64,000 bases of DNA, taken from NCBI GenBank assembly GCA_043228905.1, contig JBHGNT010000005.1, positions 23,002,001-23,066,000 on the forward strand. Reading direction: 5' to 3'. How positions within the stretch are numbered: position 1 is the stretch's first letter; each line of letters starts with the position of its first letter. Below, piece after piece: positions 26,334-37,200 of the stretch. Source of the DNA: Azolla caroliniana. Its lineage: Eukaryota > Plantae > Polypodiophyta. The translations under genes were made by a program, and so were the position numbers. Below the pieces are notes generated by a model. It searched no databases, had not been told where the DNA came from, and saw nothing but the letters and a program-made list of their open reading frames with translations.

Positions 26334-26865
26334 TGTCACACTATTCCATGTGGATGTGTAGAAATAGGGCGGGACCACCGGGGTCTCGAACCAAGGAGCA
26401 GAGAGGGGAGAAAGACGACCTGGAACGATGTTCGGATAGCTTCGCTAGTTCGGTTTTCGGACGAATATCCAATATGGAGATATTCCCGAATCGCGACCGC
26501 TAGTCCACAAGCCTGAAGAAGAGTATTGTTCTTGTTAGAATGTTGGACAACAACAATGAGCTCACAGGCTCAAGGACTCAGATGCGCGCACAACAGGAAC
26601 AGATCGGGAATAAGAACACAAGCTCGGGGCGCAACAAACCGCAGCAAGAAGGGACCATGCGGGAGTACCCAAACACAAGAAGAGACACAACAAAACACTA
26701 ACAATTAACAGAGAACAAAAGAATACCACCAGAATTGGCCGACAACGGTGCCTGAAACTATGACCACCGCAAGCACACATAGAACGATGAACCTCTGGTA
26801 GGGAGTTCATGGGCTTCCTGAGCGAGCAGAGGCTTCACCTTCTTCCCCGAATCAGCACGGAACAC

Positions 26866-26907
<42 letters not shown>

Positions 26908-27350
26908 TTAACGTCTTCTAAGGCCAAAATTGGCCCATGAGATAAATGGTTTACAAAAAATGGGATATTTACCCATTCATTGAAAGTAAAAGTAAAAATA
27001 AGAGAAAGAGAGAAAGCTCGGTACTCAACTGACAACACATCATCCTCCAAATCGTGGATCCCTAAAACGATCTCTAACCTCCCCTTTTATAGAACAATGG
27101 GAGGCCGTTACATCAACAATAAAGGCAGTCGCTTTTTGTCCTACCCAATTCTCTCGTCGATCTCCTCCCTCAATCACCATTATTCCTTTAATTGTGTGAG
27201 TCACTCCTACCTAGTAATCACCACCACTCAACTAACACTATACTATTCACATATGTTTGTATATATCACTTAATTTGTGTGCATCCGTGCACACCCCCAT
27301 TCATGCGCATCTGGCTCTGACTCTCTCTATGATCGAAATCCTTCACGACA
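26334..27350 (-). repeat. 5' LTR of the Trp-primed Ty3, with a ~100-bp insertion in its (GA)n tract
   Basis: adjacent PBS; homology to 8249-9165. Confidence 0.85.
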
Positions 27351-27882
27351 ACGTGACACACACTCCCTCTCTTTATTACTTTCTTATAAGAAGGAAACAT
27401 ATGTAATAGTTAAAGGAAAAAATATAATAGAATCTTTTGTTCCTTCACTCTTAGAGACACCCTCTCTCTTTCTTTATTACTTTCTTATGGGAAGGAAACC
27501 ACTTCGGAGGTGGTCTTATAAAGCCATCACCATTATATGTAATAGTTACGGGCGAAAATATAATACAATCTTTTTGTTCTTTCACTCACTCACTCTCTCT
27601 TTTCTCTTCTTCTATTTCTCTTTTTCTTTTCGTACATAGTATTGTGCTTATCTTAAGTAATATGTGCAACATTGAGACTCAGATGCTCAAGATACCATGT
27701 AAGAAAGATTGGGGCAAAGTAAAATGAAACCTAGAACTGAGAAGGAGGTTTGAACTTTATAAGTAAGAACTGAATGTAACAACTTAATGTAAAAATTATT
27801 AACACGGCCCCAACACACATAACTTAAGGAATAATCTTACATAGCATGTAGTTACCATATGGTGCATCTATGCTTCTTCAAC

Positions 27883-29949
27883 TCACTGACAATATGATGC
27901 ATCTATGCTTCTTGAGTAACTTGTATCTGAGAAAAAAGGGTGTGAAGAAAATTGAGATTGAGACATGGTGATCTCACTTTGGTGGGACCAATCTGGTGTC
28001 ATTGGGTATGCCGGCATAGTGGTCGGCAGATCCAACAATATCTTGTCTTTAAGTACTTGGATGACTTGCCTCATGGTCGGCCGGGCATCAGGATTCGGAT
28101 GGCAGCATGTGAGAGCAAGATGAAGCACACATATCCATTCATCGGTTAGGACAATGCTCGGATCGAGCGCATCGTCGAGCTTATCACTCTTGTGGAGTAG
28201 CCACACCCAGTCAATGATTCTACCCTCTTGTGGTGGTAGAGAAGGGTCAATGGGCCGACGGCCGCACGCAACCACTAGGGCAAGCACCCCGAAGCTATAC
28301 ACATCCGCCTTATCCGTGCCCCTGCCCGTGTATACGAGCTCCGGGGCCACGTACCCGGGGGTGCCCACGGCAGTTAGAGTCACCTCTTGGTTGTGAGAGA
28401 TGAGCCTAGCTAGGCCAAAATCGCACAATAGCGGCTCCAAATCGTCCGTCAACAGCACATTCTCGGCTTTCACATCCCTATGCAAGATGCAACTCCCCAA
28501 TCCTGTATGCAGATACTCTAATCCGGCCGCGATCCCCGCCAGTATCCTCAATCTTACATCGCTTTCGAGTACTACTAATCCTTCCTTCTTCCCATAAATG
28601 TATTGATCCAAGCTTCCCTTGCTCATGTACTTGTAGAGCAGCAATGCTTCTCCTTTCTCATAACACCATCCTTCCAATGACAGCAAATTGCGGTGGCGGA
28701 GCATGCTGATGATCTCGATCTCGGATATGAAATCTTGCTCTTTCTTCACTCCATCCTTGAGCTTCTTGAGGGCGAACAAGGATCCATCTGGAAGCTTCGC
28801 GAGGTAAACACTGCTGTATCCACCCTCACCGATCCTATTGGCCTCCGAGAATCCACCGGCAGCCCTCTTCAACTCTCGGTGGCTGTACCGTTGGGGTAAG
28901 GCTCTGCTGCCAGAGAGGAGTGACAATCTGGTTGTGGTAAACTGAAGCTGCCGTGACGAGAACTTCGACTTCCGTCTGTGGATCCAGTACGCGGCGAATC
29001 CAACAGTTAGAATTAGAAACAGAACTATAGCAGAGGGTAAACCAATGACAAGTGCCAAAGAGGGGTGAGCAGAATTAGGGTCTGTCATGCTGAAATTCCA
29101 AGCATACATGCCGCAACCCTCCAGATTGCCGAGGCCGAAGCGGTTCGTGGACGAGAATCCGGCATAAACAGATTGATTAAACAGGGTGGAGATGTCATAG
29201 GTGTATTGAAGGATGGGATGGAGGGGCCGGGCGGGCGGGGGATCATCAGAGGAGATGTTGGTCATCCATACCTGGATGAGGCGGGTGGCCGATTCGTACT
29301 TGATCCACGCCGTGAATGTGTAGTTGTTGTAGAGGTAGAGAGGGGAGGAGGTGTCATTGGTGTCGGTGACATTGGCAGAGAACATGGAGTTGATGTCGAT
29401 GCCGACATGGCTTTGGCTGGAATCATTGAACTGGTGACTGAAGGAGGTGTCGAATTCGACTGCGAAGAAAGGGGCATGGGGAGGGAAATAGGTCGCGTTC
29501 TGGTCATCGGCATATCCGATGAGGCCGAGGACACCGCCATCGCTGTTGTTTGGGGCAATGGAGGAGGTGGAGAGGAAGAAGGCCATGCCGCTGCCCGACG
29601 TCGAGGAATTCATGATTAGTTGGAAGGTAAAAGAAGTGGCGAAAGACGCGGTGGGCGAGAGGATGAAAGGGTTCCTGTAGACCATGCGGCCGAGGTTCCC
29701 GATGCTACCATTGACACGCGGGTCGGCGGTGGTGGGATTAGGGGTGAGCCAGATAGCTGAGCCAGTGAAGGAGACTTCTTGACCTTGGTACCATGCTGCC
29801 TCCTTGACAAGCACAATATCTGCTATGGTGCTGCTGTCAAAGACAGCATGCTCAAATGACAGCTCCTCTGCTTCTGCCCTAATCAGGAGGAGGTTGAGTA
29901 GGATGAGAAACAGCAGGACAATATGACTCTGCTTCATCTTCATCATCAT
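27883..29949 (-). CDS. L-type (legume) lectin receptor-like kinase, intronless, 688 aa
   Basis: signal peptide; lectin motifs FATSFTF, GMAF, FAVEFDT, HVGIDINS, YAGFSS; TM helix; kinase GEGGYSSVY, ALKK, HRDVKAENVLL, DFGLAR, GTPGYVAPE, DVYSFG. Confidence 0.95.
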   Translation of the reverse strand: MMMKMKQSHIVLLFLILLNLLLIRAEAEELSFEHAVFDSSTIADIVLVKEAAWYQGQEVSFTGSAIWLTPNPTTADPRVNGSIGNLGRMVYRNPFILSPTASFATSFTFQLIMNSSTSGSGMAFFLSTSSIAPNNSDGGVLGLIGYADDQNATYFPPHAPFFAVEFDTSFSHQFNDSSQSHVGIDINSMFSANVTDTNDTSSPLYLYNNYTFTAWIKYESATRLIQVWMTNISSDDPPPARPLHPILQYTYDISTLFNQSVYAGFSSTNRFGLGNLEGCGMYAWNFSMTDPNSAHPSLALVIGLPSAIVLFLILTVGFAAYWIHRRKSKFSSRQLQFTTTRLSLLSGSRALPQRYSHRELKRAAGGFSEANRIGEGGYSSVYLAKLPDGSLFALKKLKDGVKKEQDFISEIEIISMLRHRNLLSLEGWCYEKGEALLLYKYMSKGSLDQYIYGKKEGLVVLESDVRLRILAGIAAGLEYLHTGLGSCILHRDVKAENVLLTDDLEPLLCDFGLARLISHNQEVTLTAVGTPGYVAPELVYTGRGTDKADVYSFGVLALVVACGRRPIDPSLPPQEGRIIDWVWLLHKSDKLDDALDPSIVLTDEWICVLHLALTCCHPNPDARPTMRQVIQVLKDKILLDLPTTMPAYPMTPDWSHQSEITMSQSQFSSHPFFSDTSYSRSIDASYCQ

Positions 29950-30036
29950 TTTCTACTTCTCCTACTTCAATGTAATATCATGTGATCAGATCAAGATGGA
30001 TAATTGTGAGGTCTAATTCCTTCATGTATGTATATG

Positions 30037-30098
30037 CATATATAGGTATGTATGTATTGCATTCCACCATGGCATGCATGGCATGCCATGCCATGCAT
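30037..30098 (-). promoter_or_regulatory. putative LecRK core promoter: TATA-like box plus CATG(CA) RY-like cluster
   Basis: CTATATAT on - strand ~90 bp upstream of the ATG; palindrome GCATGGCATGCCATGC 30076-30091. Confidence 0.35.
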
Positions 30099-32259
30099 AT
30101 TCTATCTAGAAAGATTCATACTCCATTGACCCCTTCTTTTATGCAAACTCTTCGCTAACTAGATAATCTATCTCTACATTCTCTTTTCTTTTCTTTACAT
30201 TTACATTTTAAAAATTGGATGATTGACCCATTCTTTAGTGATGGATGATGGTAAGGTCTAACTACTTCTGGTTAAGTGCGCACTTTGATCTCAAAGGGCA
30301 AAAGTGAGCACTTAAACGGAGCTGCAGGCTTAGGGCATGTTACATGAAATTCCTTCTTTCCCAAAATGTTTTTCTCTGCACATTTTCAAATATTATTATT
30401 CATCACTCCACATCCACTCTAATCACTCCAAAGATTATTGATCAGACCTAGACTCTGTTGCCGATATGAAGGTTTTTACAGATGTACTCTGTATAAACTT
30501 GCATGTTTTCTGAAAATATGCATTATTATAGCAGAAATTTGTGAAGATTTGGAAAACATTGCCAAGGTTTCTTTTAAAGAACTGATTTGTAACAGAGTTT
30601 TTATGAATGTTTTTCGCAAAATTTTGTGGAGGTTTCTATTAAAATGTTAAGATATACATTTAAAAAATGGATCATATGCCTTTGCCGTGCTTCTTGGACA
30701 AACCAAGATTGGGTTTAGTTGGACAAAACATGCCCTTTCGACGAACCAAGATTGAACTGCTAGGTTTACTTGGATCGAATGTTCACCCATGGCACAAGTG
30801 CCTGACAATAAATCCCCGAGCTTTATTCATTGTTGATTGTTCAAAATTAAGTATCTTCCATGTTCGGGAGATAATATATTGTTTCAATGTAGTATCAGGG
30901 AATTCGTCTTTCGCCAAATTCACATATCTTTGCACTACATTCTTGGACATCCTAGCCGAAAAATCCAAAGTGATTCTTGATCGATCACAATTAACACACG
31001 ACAATAAGATTATCAAAATCATTTTTTCTCGGTGTTAAATTTTTCATATTACATCAAAAGGTTTTACAATATGTATTAAATAGATACACATGAAGATATT
31101 AAATTTCTCAACTCTGTTACATGGAATGGTTTATATGGCAAATAAATAAGATAGAAATATTGAAGGATTTAAAGGTTACTGGATCTTTAAGGGGAATTCA
31201 TCAAGTTTCGGGAATGTCCCAATAGACAATGGCCACATTACCTCTTGTTGTTGTTGGTCTTACTTGCCTCCTTGATCTACAACCCCAAGCTTGACCAAAT
31301 TTTTGGCAATGATTTTGCCTTATGCAAAAATCTCCTCTTGAAGATGAGATATTGTCATTTTTATTGGCGCTTGGAGCTCCTCTTGCAAATAAAAATATTA
31401 AACCCTTCTTCTAGCATGCACATCACTTTTCCCTTTTGCATGCATCTATATTTATCCTCCTAGGGCACCTAGTGTAAGTAAAATGTTGATCATTATGTCC
31501 ATCCATTTATATTGTCTACATTTGACCCACTAGAGTCTACGTATTGCCTCCCCAAGATTCAAACCCTTCACCTTTTCATTTTGAGAAGAAGTTCTTGTCA
31601 ATTAAGTTGTATCATTTTACTATATTCAGCCACATCCTAGCACATGTCCTTCTAGTTGCATCTTCTTCCTAACCTTCAACCTCAACCTCAAGGTTCACAT
31701 TCCCCTAAGGAAAAGTGTGTAGGATGGCAAGAGACCTAGGTTTACAAGGTTGCACCAATCTTACCCTCAAGGTCCAAAATTCCCATGTGGAAAGTGTGTT
31801 GGATGACCAAAGCCCTACGTTTACAAGGTTGCAACATAGATCATATCCTATCCAAAGACATAGAAGGCACAAAGGAACTGAAGTCATGGCACATAGACAC
31901 GTCAAGATTGAAAATACAGGAAACCCCTCCCTGGAGAAGGGCTATACCAAAAAGGGGGAGGGGGCATTATTAGCACCCCATTTTGTTGTAGTATGGGATT
32001 TAGAGGAACAAAAGTCTTCCATGGGAACTCAACGAGCTTAGTCTAGGTCCATCTGTGATTGGCTAGAAGCAATTTTCCCGAAAATGTCAACGTCGATCAC
32101 TCTCCAATCCCCATCAAGAAAGGAGAGGAAGCACAAGAGATAGTAATATCACCGATTGCGAAAATAAGAAGACAAGATCGGTCTCCCAGTCGACCGAGAA
32201 TAGGCCTCCAGCTACCGATTCGAGTCGGTGAGTTGATGATCGGCCGAATCGAACAGAAG

Positions 32260-34221
32260 TCGATCTGACCAAAGTCGGATACAAACTAGTCAATTGAGTA
32301 GGCAATCGGCGAGGTTGAGAGCCAACTGAAGAACAAGAGGAACCCGTCGGAAGAAGGAAGTCGGTTGAATGAGGATCCGAATCTGACTTAGACGAAGAGC
32401 CGACTGCATTGACTAGAGAATGAAGATATCCTCTCAGAGAGAAATGCCCCCTATAGATTTTTGGAGAAAGAATATGTGTTGTTAACCGATGAGGGGGAAC
32501 CGGAAAGCTTCGAGGAAGCTAAGAAACATACCCAAAGTTGAAAGTGGTTGAGTGCCATCCAAGACGAAATGGACTCCTTGCATGAGAACCACACGTATGA
32601 ATTGAGTGAGTTGCCGAAAGGAAAGAAGGTGCTCTGAAACAAGTGGGTATACAAATTGAAGCTGGGAGAAAGCGGGAATCCATCCTAATACAAAGCCTGA
32701 ATCATGGTGAAAGACTTTCAGCAGAAGAAGGGTGTAGATTTCGACGAAATATTTGCCTCAGTTGTAAAGATGACGTCGATTCGGACAATGCTCAGCATAG
32801 CAGCCAGCATGGATTTGGAGGTTGAGCAACTAGATGTCAAGACTGCTTTTTTCCATGGAGATTTGGAGGAAGAAATCTACATGCAGCAACTAGAGGAATT
32901 CGTAGAGAAAGGTAAAGAGAACCTAGTATGTAGACTAAAGAAAATCTTGTATGGACTAAAGCAAGCTCCCTGGCAATGGTACCAAAAATTCGAATCCTTC
33001 ATGGTATATCATGCATTCCACAAGGCGCAAGCCGACCACTGTGTCTTCATGAAGGGATATGACAGAGGAGACTCCCTTATCTTCATGTTGTATGTTGATG
33101 ACATGTTAATTGTTGGATAGGACCCAAAGAAAATTGGAAGTTTGAAGAAGGCCCTGTCAAGCAAACCATTTGCAATGAAGGATATGGGTCCGACACTGCT
33201 GACAAACTGTAAGCTGAGGGGAAGTCAATGTCCAAAGTCGAAAACGGAGAAGGCTAAGATGAGCAAGGTCCTGTATGCCTCGGCAGTCGAAAGTCGGATG
33301 TACGTTGTGGTTTGTACTAGGCCAGACATTGCATACGCTATCGAAGTCGTCAATATGTAAATGAGCAATCTCGAAAGACAACATTGGGTTGCGGTGAAAT
33401 GGATACTTTGGTACCTTAAAGGCACCTCGAGTATGTGCCTCCAATTCGGCTCAGGTAACCCCACATTGGAAGGTTATACTGATTCGGACATCTAATGCGG
33501 ATATCAGCCGATGCACATCTGAATACATAATGACTTATGCATGGGGAGTTGTCTCGTGGTAATCGAGGCCGTAGAAGGCCTTGGCGTTATCAACCATGGA
33601 AGCCTAGTACATTGTCTTCGTCGAAGCCGGCAAAGAAGTCATATGGATGAAGAAGTTTATTGGTGAGCTGGGAATTCGGCAAGAAGAATTCTAACTCTAC
33701 TGCGACAACCAGATTGCCATCCACTTTGCGAAGAATGTCGACTACCACTCGAGGACCAAGCACATCCAGAGGATCTATACCATTGGCTCCGAGAGTGAGT
33801 AGAAGAAAAGGAGTTTGCTCTAGTAAAGGTCCACATGAACAACAACGGATCGGATATGATGACGAACGTGTTGTCGGCCGAAAAGCTAAATGTGTGCCGA
33901 CAAAGGATCGGATTGAGGAAGTACCCCATGCCGGAGTGAAGGGGGAATTTGTTAGGAAACATGTCCCTCCGGATGGAAAGAGGAGCACGAGTCGAAGAAA
34001 GAGCCGAATTGGTATCGACCTTGGCCGAAAAATCAAACTGATTGTTCGATTCGGTTGTGGCCAAATTTCACAAATCCAAATTGATTCGGCTAATAGCCGA
34101 ATCGGTCGAAGCCGACTCGGGGCTATATTTGTATGTAGCCTAGATGTGCCCATTAAGGTTATATTTGTAAATATTCTGTTCTGTATATGTGTATATATAT
34201 ACTTAGGGCAAGTAGTTAGAA
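32260..34221 (+). mobile_element. degenerate copia (element 1/2 family) RT-RNase H plus truncated 3' LTR (33950-34221)
   Basis: KKGVDFDEIF...LDVKTAFFHG...LYVDDM with stops; PPT GAAGGGGGA; LTR start TGTTAGG...CCCTCCGGATGG. Confidence 0.85.
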
Positions 34222-37200
34222 TGTAAACGTGAGTGTTTGCGGAAGCGTAAAACAGAGAACAACACAGAGAGAGAGAGAGAGACAGAGAGAGCAAAACGTA
34301 ATTTCAAAATTATTTTCAGACTCTGTACACACACTGTGCTAAGTAGCACTATTTATACAAGTCCTCTTGGGACTAACAGAAGTACCATGTACTTCAATGC
34401 TCACACGAGCATCTGACACTTACTACGAGACTATAACTGCCTAGTAGTCTATCCTATACTAGGCTTCCGATTGGACTTCCGGTTACGGATTGCACCCGGC
34501 CTCCACTGCTTGCCGGTTCGGTTGCTCACCGTCATACCGATCCGTTTCGCCCGATCCGTCTCGCTTACCGGCTCCGGCTTATTCAGCCGATCCGGCTCCG
34601 GTTGAGCTTGCCGCTCAACACTCCCCCTCAAGCTCAACCTGAGGTGGGGTCGTAGTGTCGACCTCTGTGGCAGTCGGTTCTTCCAACCGACTTCTCCTGG
34701 CGTCACTCCGCCTTGCTCGCGCTCCTCGTCCGGTCCGGTCCCGTTTGCCGCGACCCCTTTGGTTCTGCGCGCCTCGACCCTCTCGGTCGGCATGTCTGCT
34801 CAATAGGCCCATCTCAGCACTCACGTTGCTGTGACTCCGGCGCTTGCCGATCCATCGGTTCTCCCACGATGGCATCGACTTCCGTTGTGTCCGTGTCCCC
34901 TTGGCCTTCAGTCGATCCGACTCATCCGAATCCATCTGTTGGTCTGAGTCAGCTGTCTCCGACTCGTTCCAGCTCTTGTCCGAATCGGTACACTTCGATT
35001 CGACTTCCGGCTTCAGGCCTCTCACCACATCGGACCACATCCGAGTCTTGGCCTTCTCTATGCTTCCCTCGGCTTCTTCCGCCGGTGAACCGAAATCGAA
35101 TTCTTCATTCGACTCCGCATCATGGTCAGTGCCTTCTTGATAACCTCGGCACAGCATGCACTTCACTTCCTGAGTGCACAACTCTTCTTCACAGCTGCTT
35201 GCTCCGACCTGTTCGGATGTGTCGACTTCCTTCGTCGACTCGGCTTCCTTCATCTTCTTGTCTCCTCTTCTTCCGACTCTCCTCTTACTGACGGGTTCAA
35301 CAATTTTTTGGCCTTTGCCCGTTTCGGTAGAGACTTTGCCCTTGCTTCTCCCCCTCAAGTGCGGCACGTCGAGATGCCGAATACCAAGCATGTCGGTAAA
35401 GTGCTGCAACTTGTCCGACCCGAGCGGCTTGGTGAAGATGTCGGCAACTTGCCGATCCGTATGAACATACCGTAGGTCAACTTCACCGCTCAGGACCCGC
35501 TCACGCACGAAGTGGTAGTGCACCTCGATGTGCTTTGTGCGAGCATGGAACACAGGGTTCCTGGCGAGTTGCAGGCTGCTCATGTTATCGCAGTAGATCG
35601 GGATCAGGGTCGATACCTCGATCCTCAAGTCTCGCAGTAGTCACCGAAGCCAGATGGCTTCACAAGTGGCAACGGTAGCGGCCCGGTACTCAGCCTCAGT
35701 GCTTGACAAAGCCACTGTGGGTTGCTTCTTGCTGCTCCACGCAACAGCCGCGCTACCTATGGAGAACATGTATCCGGAAGTGGAGCGGCGATCAGACGCA
35801 TCGTCGGCCCAGTCAGCATCTGTGTAATCGACAAGCTTTTCGGGTATACCTCGCCGGTATAGCAGTCCCCGGTCCTTAGTGCTGCTGACATACCGTAATA
35901 TTCGTTGCGCGCACTGAAGGTGCTCCACGGTCGGCTTCTGCATGAACTGACTTACCATGCCGACCGGATAGCTGATGTCGGGTCAGGTGATGGTTATGTA
36001 GATCAGGCTTCCGACAACTTGTCGGAACCGTTTCTCATTGCAGGCCGGTCTGGAGTTGGGACGGAGCTTCTGGTTCCGGTCCAGGGGTGTGGAGACAGGT
36101 CGGCAGTCCGTCATGCCGAACTTATACAACATATTCAACACGTAATGTCGTTGTGAGAGCAATATGCCGTCAGGGGTCCGGATCACTTCGATCCCAAGAA
36201 AATAATGAAGGTCCCCCAGGTCCTTCATTTCGAATGCGTCTGACAATTGGGACTTGACGCGGGTGATTTCGGGAAGACCCGGTCCGATGATGACTAAATC
36301 ATCCACATACAAGAGTATACATACCGGACCGTCAGAGCCTTGCCGGATGAACAACGAAGAGTCCGACTTAGAGACAGCAAACCCCAGCTTACGCAAGCGG
36401 TGCGTGATCTTCGCGTTCCAGGCTCGGGGGGCTTCCTTCAAGCCGTAAAGCGACTTCTTCAGTTGGCATACCGCCGACTTGTTCATCTCCGATTGAAATC
36501 CGGGGGGCTGAGTCATAAAGACTTCTTCTTCAAGCTCTCCTTGAAGGAAGGCGTTCTTCACATCCATCTGGTGAAGATGCCACCCCCTGGCCGCAGCAAC
36601 CGCCAGTACCACACGAACCGTCGTCATCTTCACCACAGGAGCGAAGGTCTCGTCGTAGTCGATTCTGTGGGTCTGCGTGTATCCCTTCGCCACTAACCGG
36701 GCTTTGTACCGGTTAACAGAACCGTCGGCGTTGTACTTGACCTTGTCACCCACTTGCATCCGATCGGTTTACAGTGACGGGGAGGATCAAGTAGGTCCCA
36801 AGTTTCGTTGGCATTGAGTGCCCTCATTTCTTCGTCCATAGCGGCATGCCAATTTGCGTCCTTTGCCGCTTCTGCGTAGCTCTCCGACTCACGCACTTCT
36901 GTCACCTTAGTCATGTACGCATAATGATGCGCCATGTATTCATTGTACCCATACCGCATGACGGGATCCTTCTGACGGGTTGATCGGCGCAACGCAGCGT
37001 CACCTGATTTGAGGCCCTTCTTGGCCAGTCCGGTCTTCGTTGCCAAAGATCCGCCTTTCTCCTTTCCGGAGTCGGATACGCACCGATCCGACTCATCGTT
37101 TCCGGTTTCGAATTCCGACATCTTCCTCTTCCCTTTCTCTTTGCGCGTGAACCGTTTCCTCAGTTCCTTGCGCGGGGAGAGCACGGTAGAGTCTCCACCA

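Larger units (their letters stand above)
8249..27350 (-). mobile_element. degenerate Ty3/gypsy LTR retrotransposon, tRNA-Trp primed (Phygy/Ylt1-like, tentative), host to nested insertions
   Basis: LTRs 8249-9165 and 26334-27350; 4-bp TSD ACGT; PBS TGGTGAACCCGGCGTGA 26329-26313; gag ~25750-26294, protease ~24340-25308, RT (FLDDIPIKG) 10489-11604, integrase with GPY 9237-10350. Confidence 0.88.
8103..27671 (+). repeat. probable 3' LTR of the old copia, split by the 8249-27350 insertion (parts ~8103-8248 and 27351-27671)
   Basis: same repeat unit (TTATTACTTTCTTAT...GGTGGTCTTATAAAGCCATCA...AAAATATAATACAATC) on both sides of the insertion; follows the PPT; ends CAACA. Confidence 0.5.

Noticed and set aside
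30430-32250. short ORFs (e.g. 30783-31022, 31715-32041)
   Set aside because: no recognisable motifs; probably decayed repeats that cannot be assigned by eye
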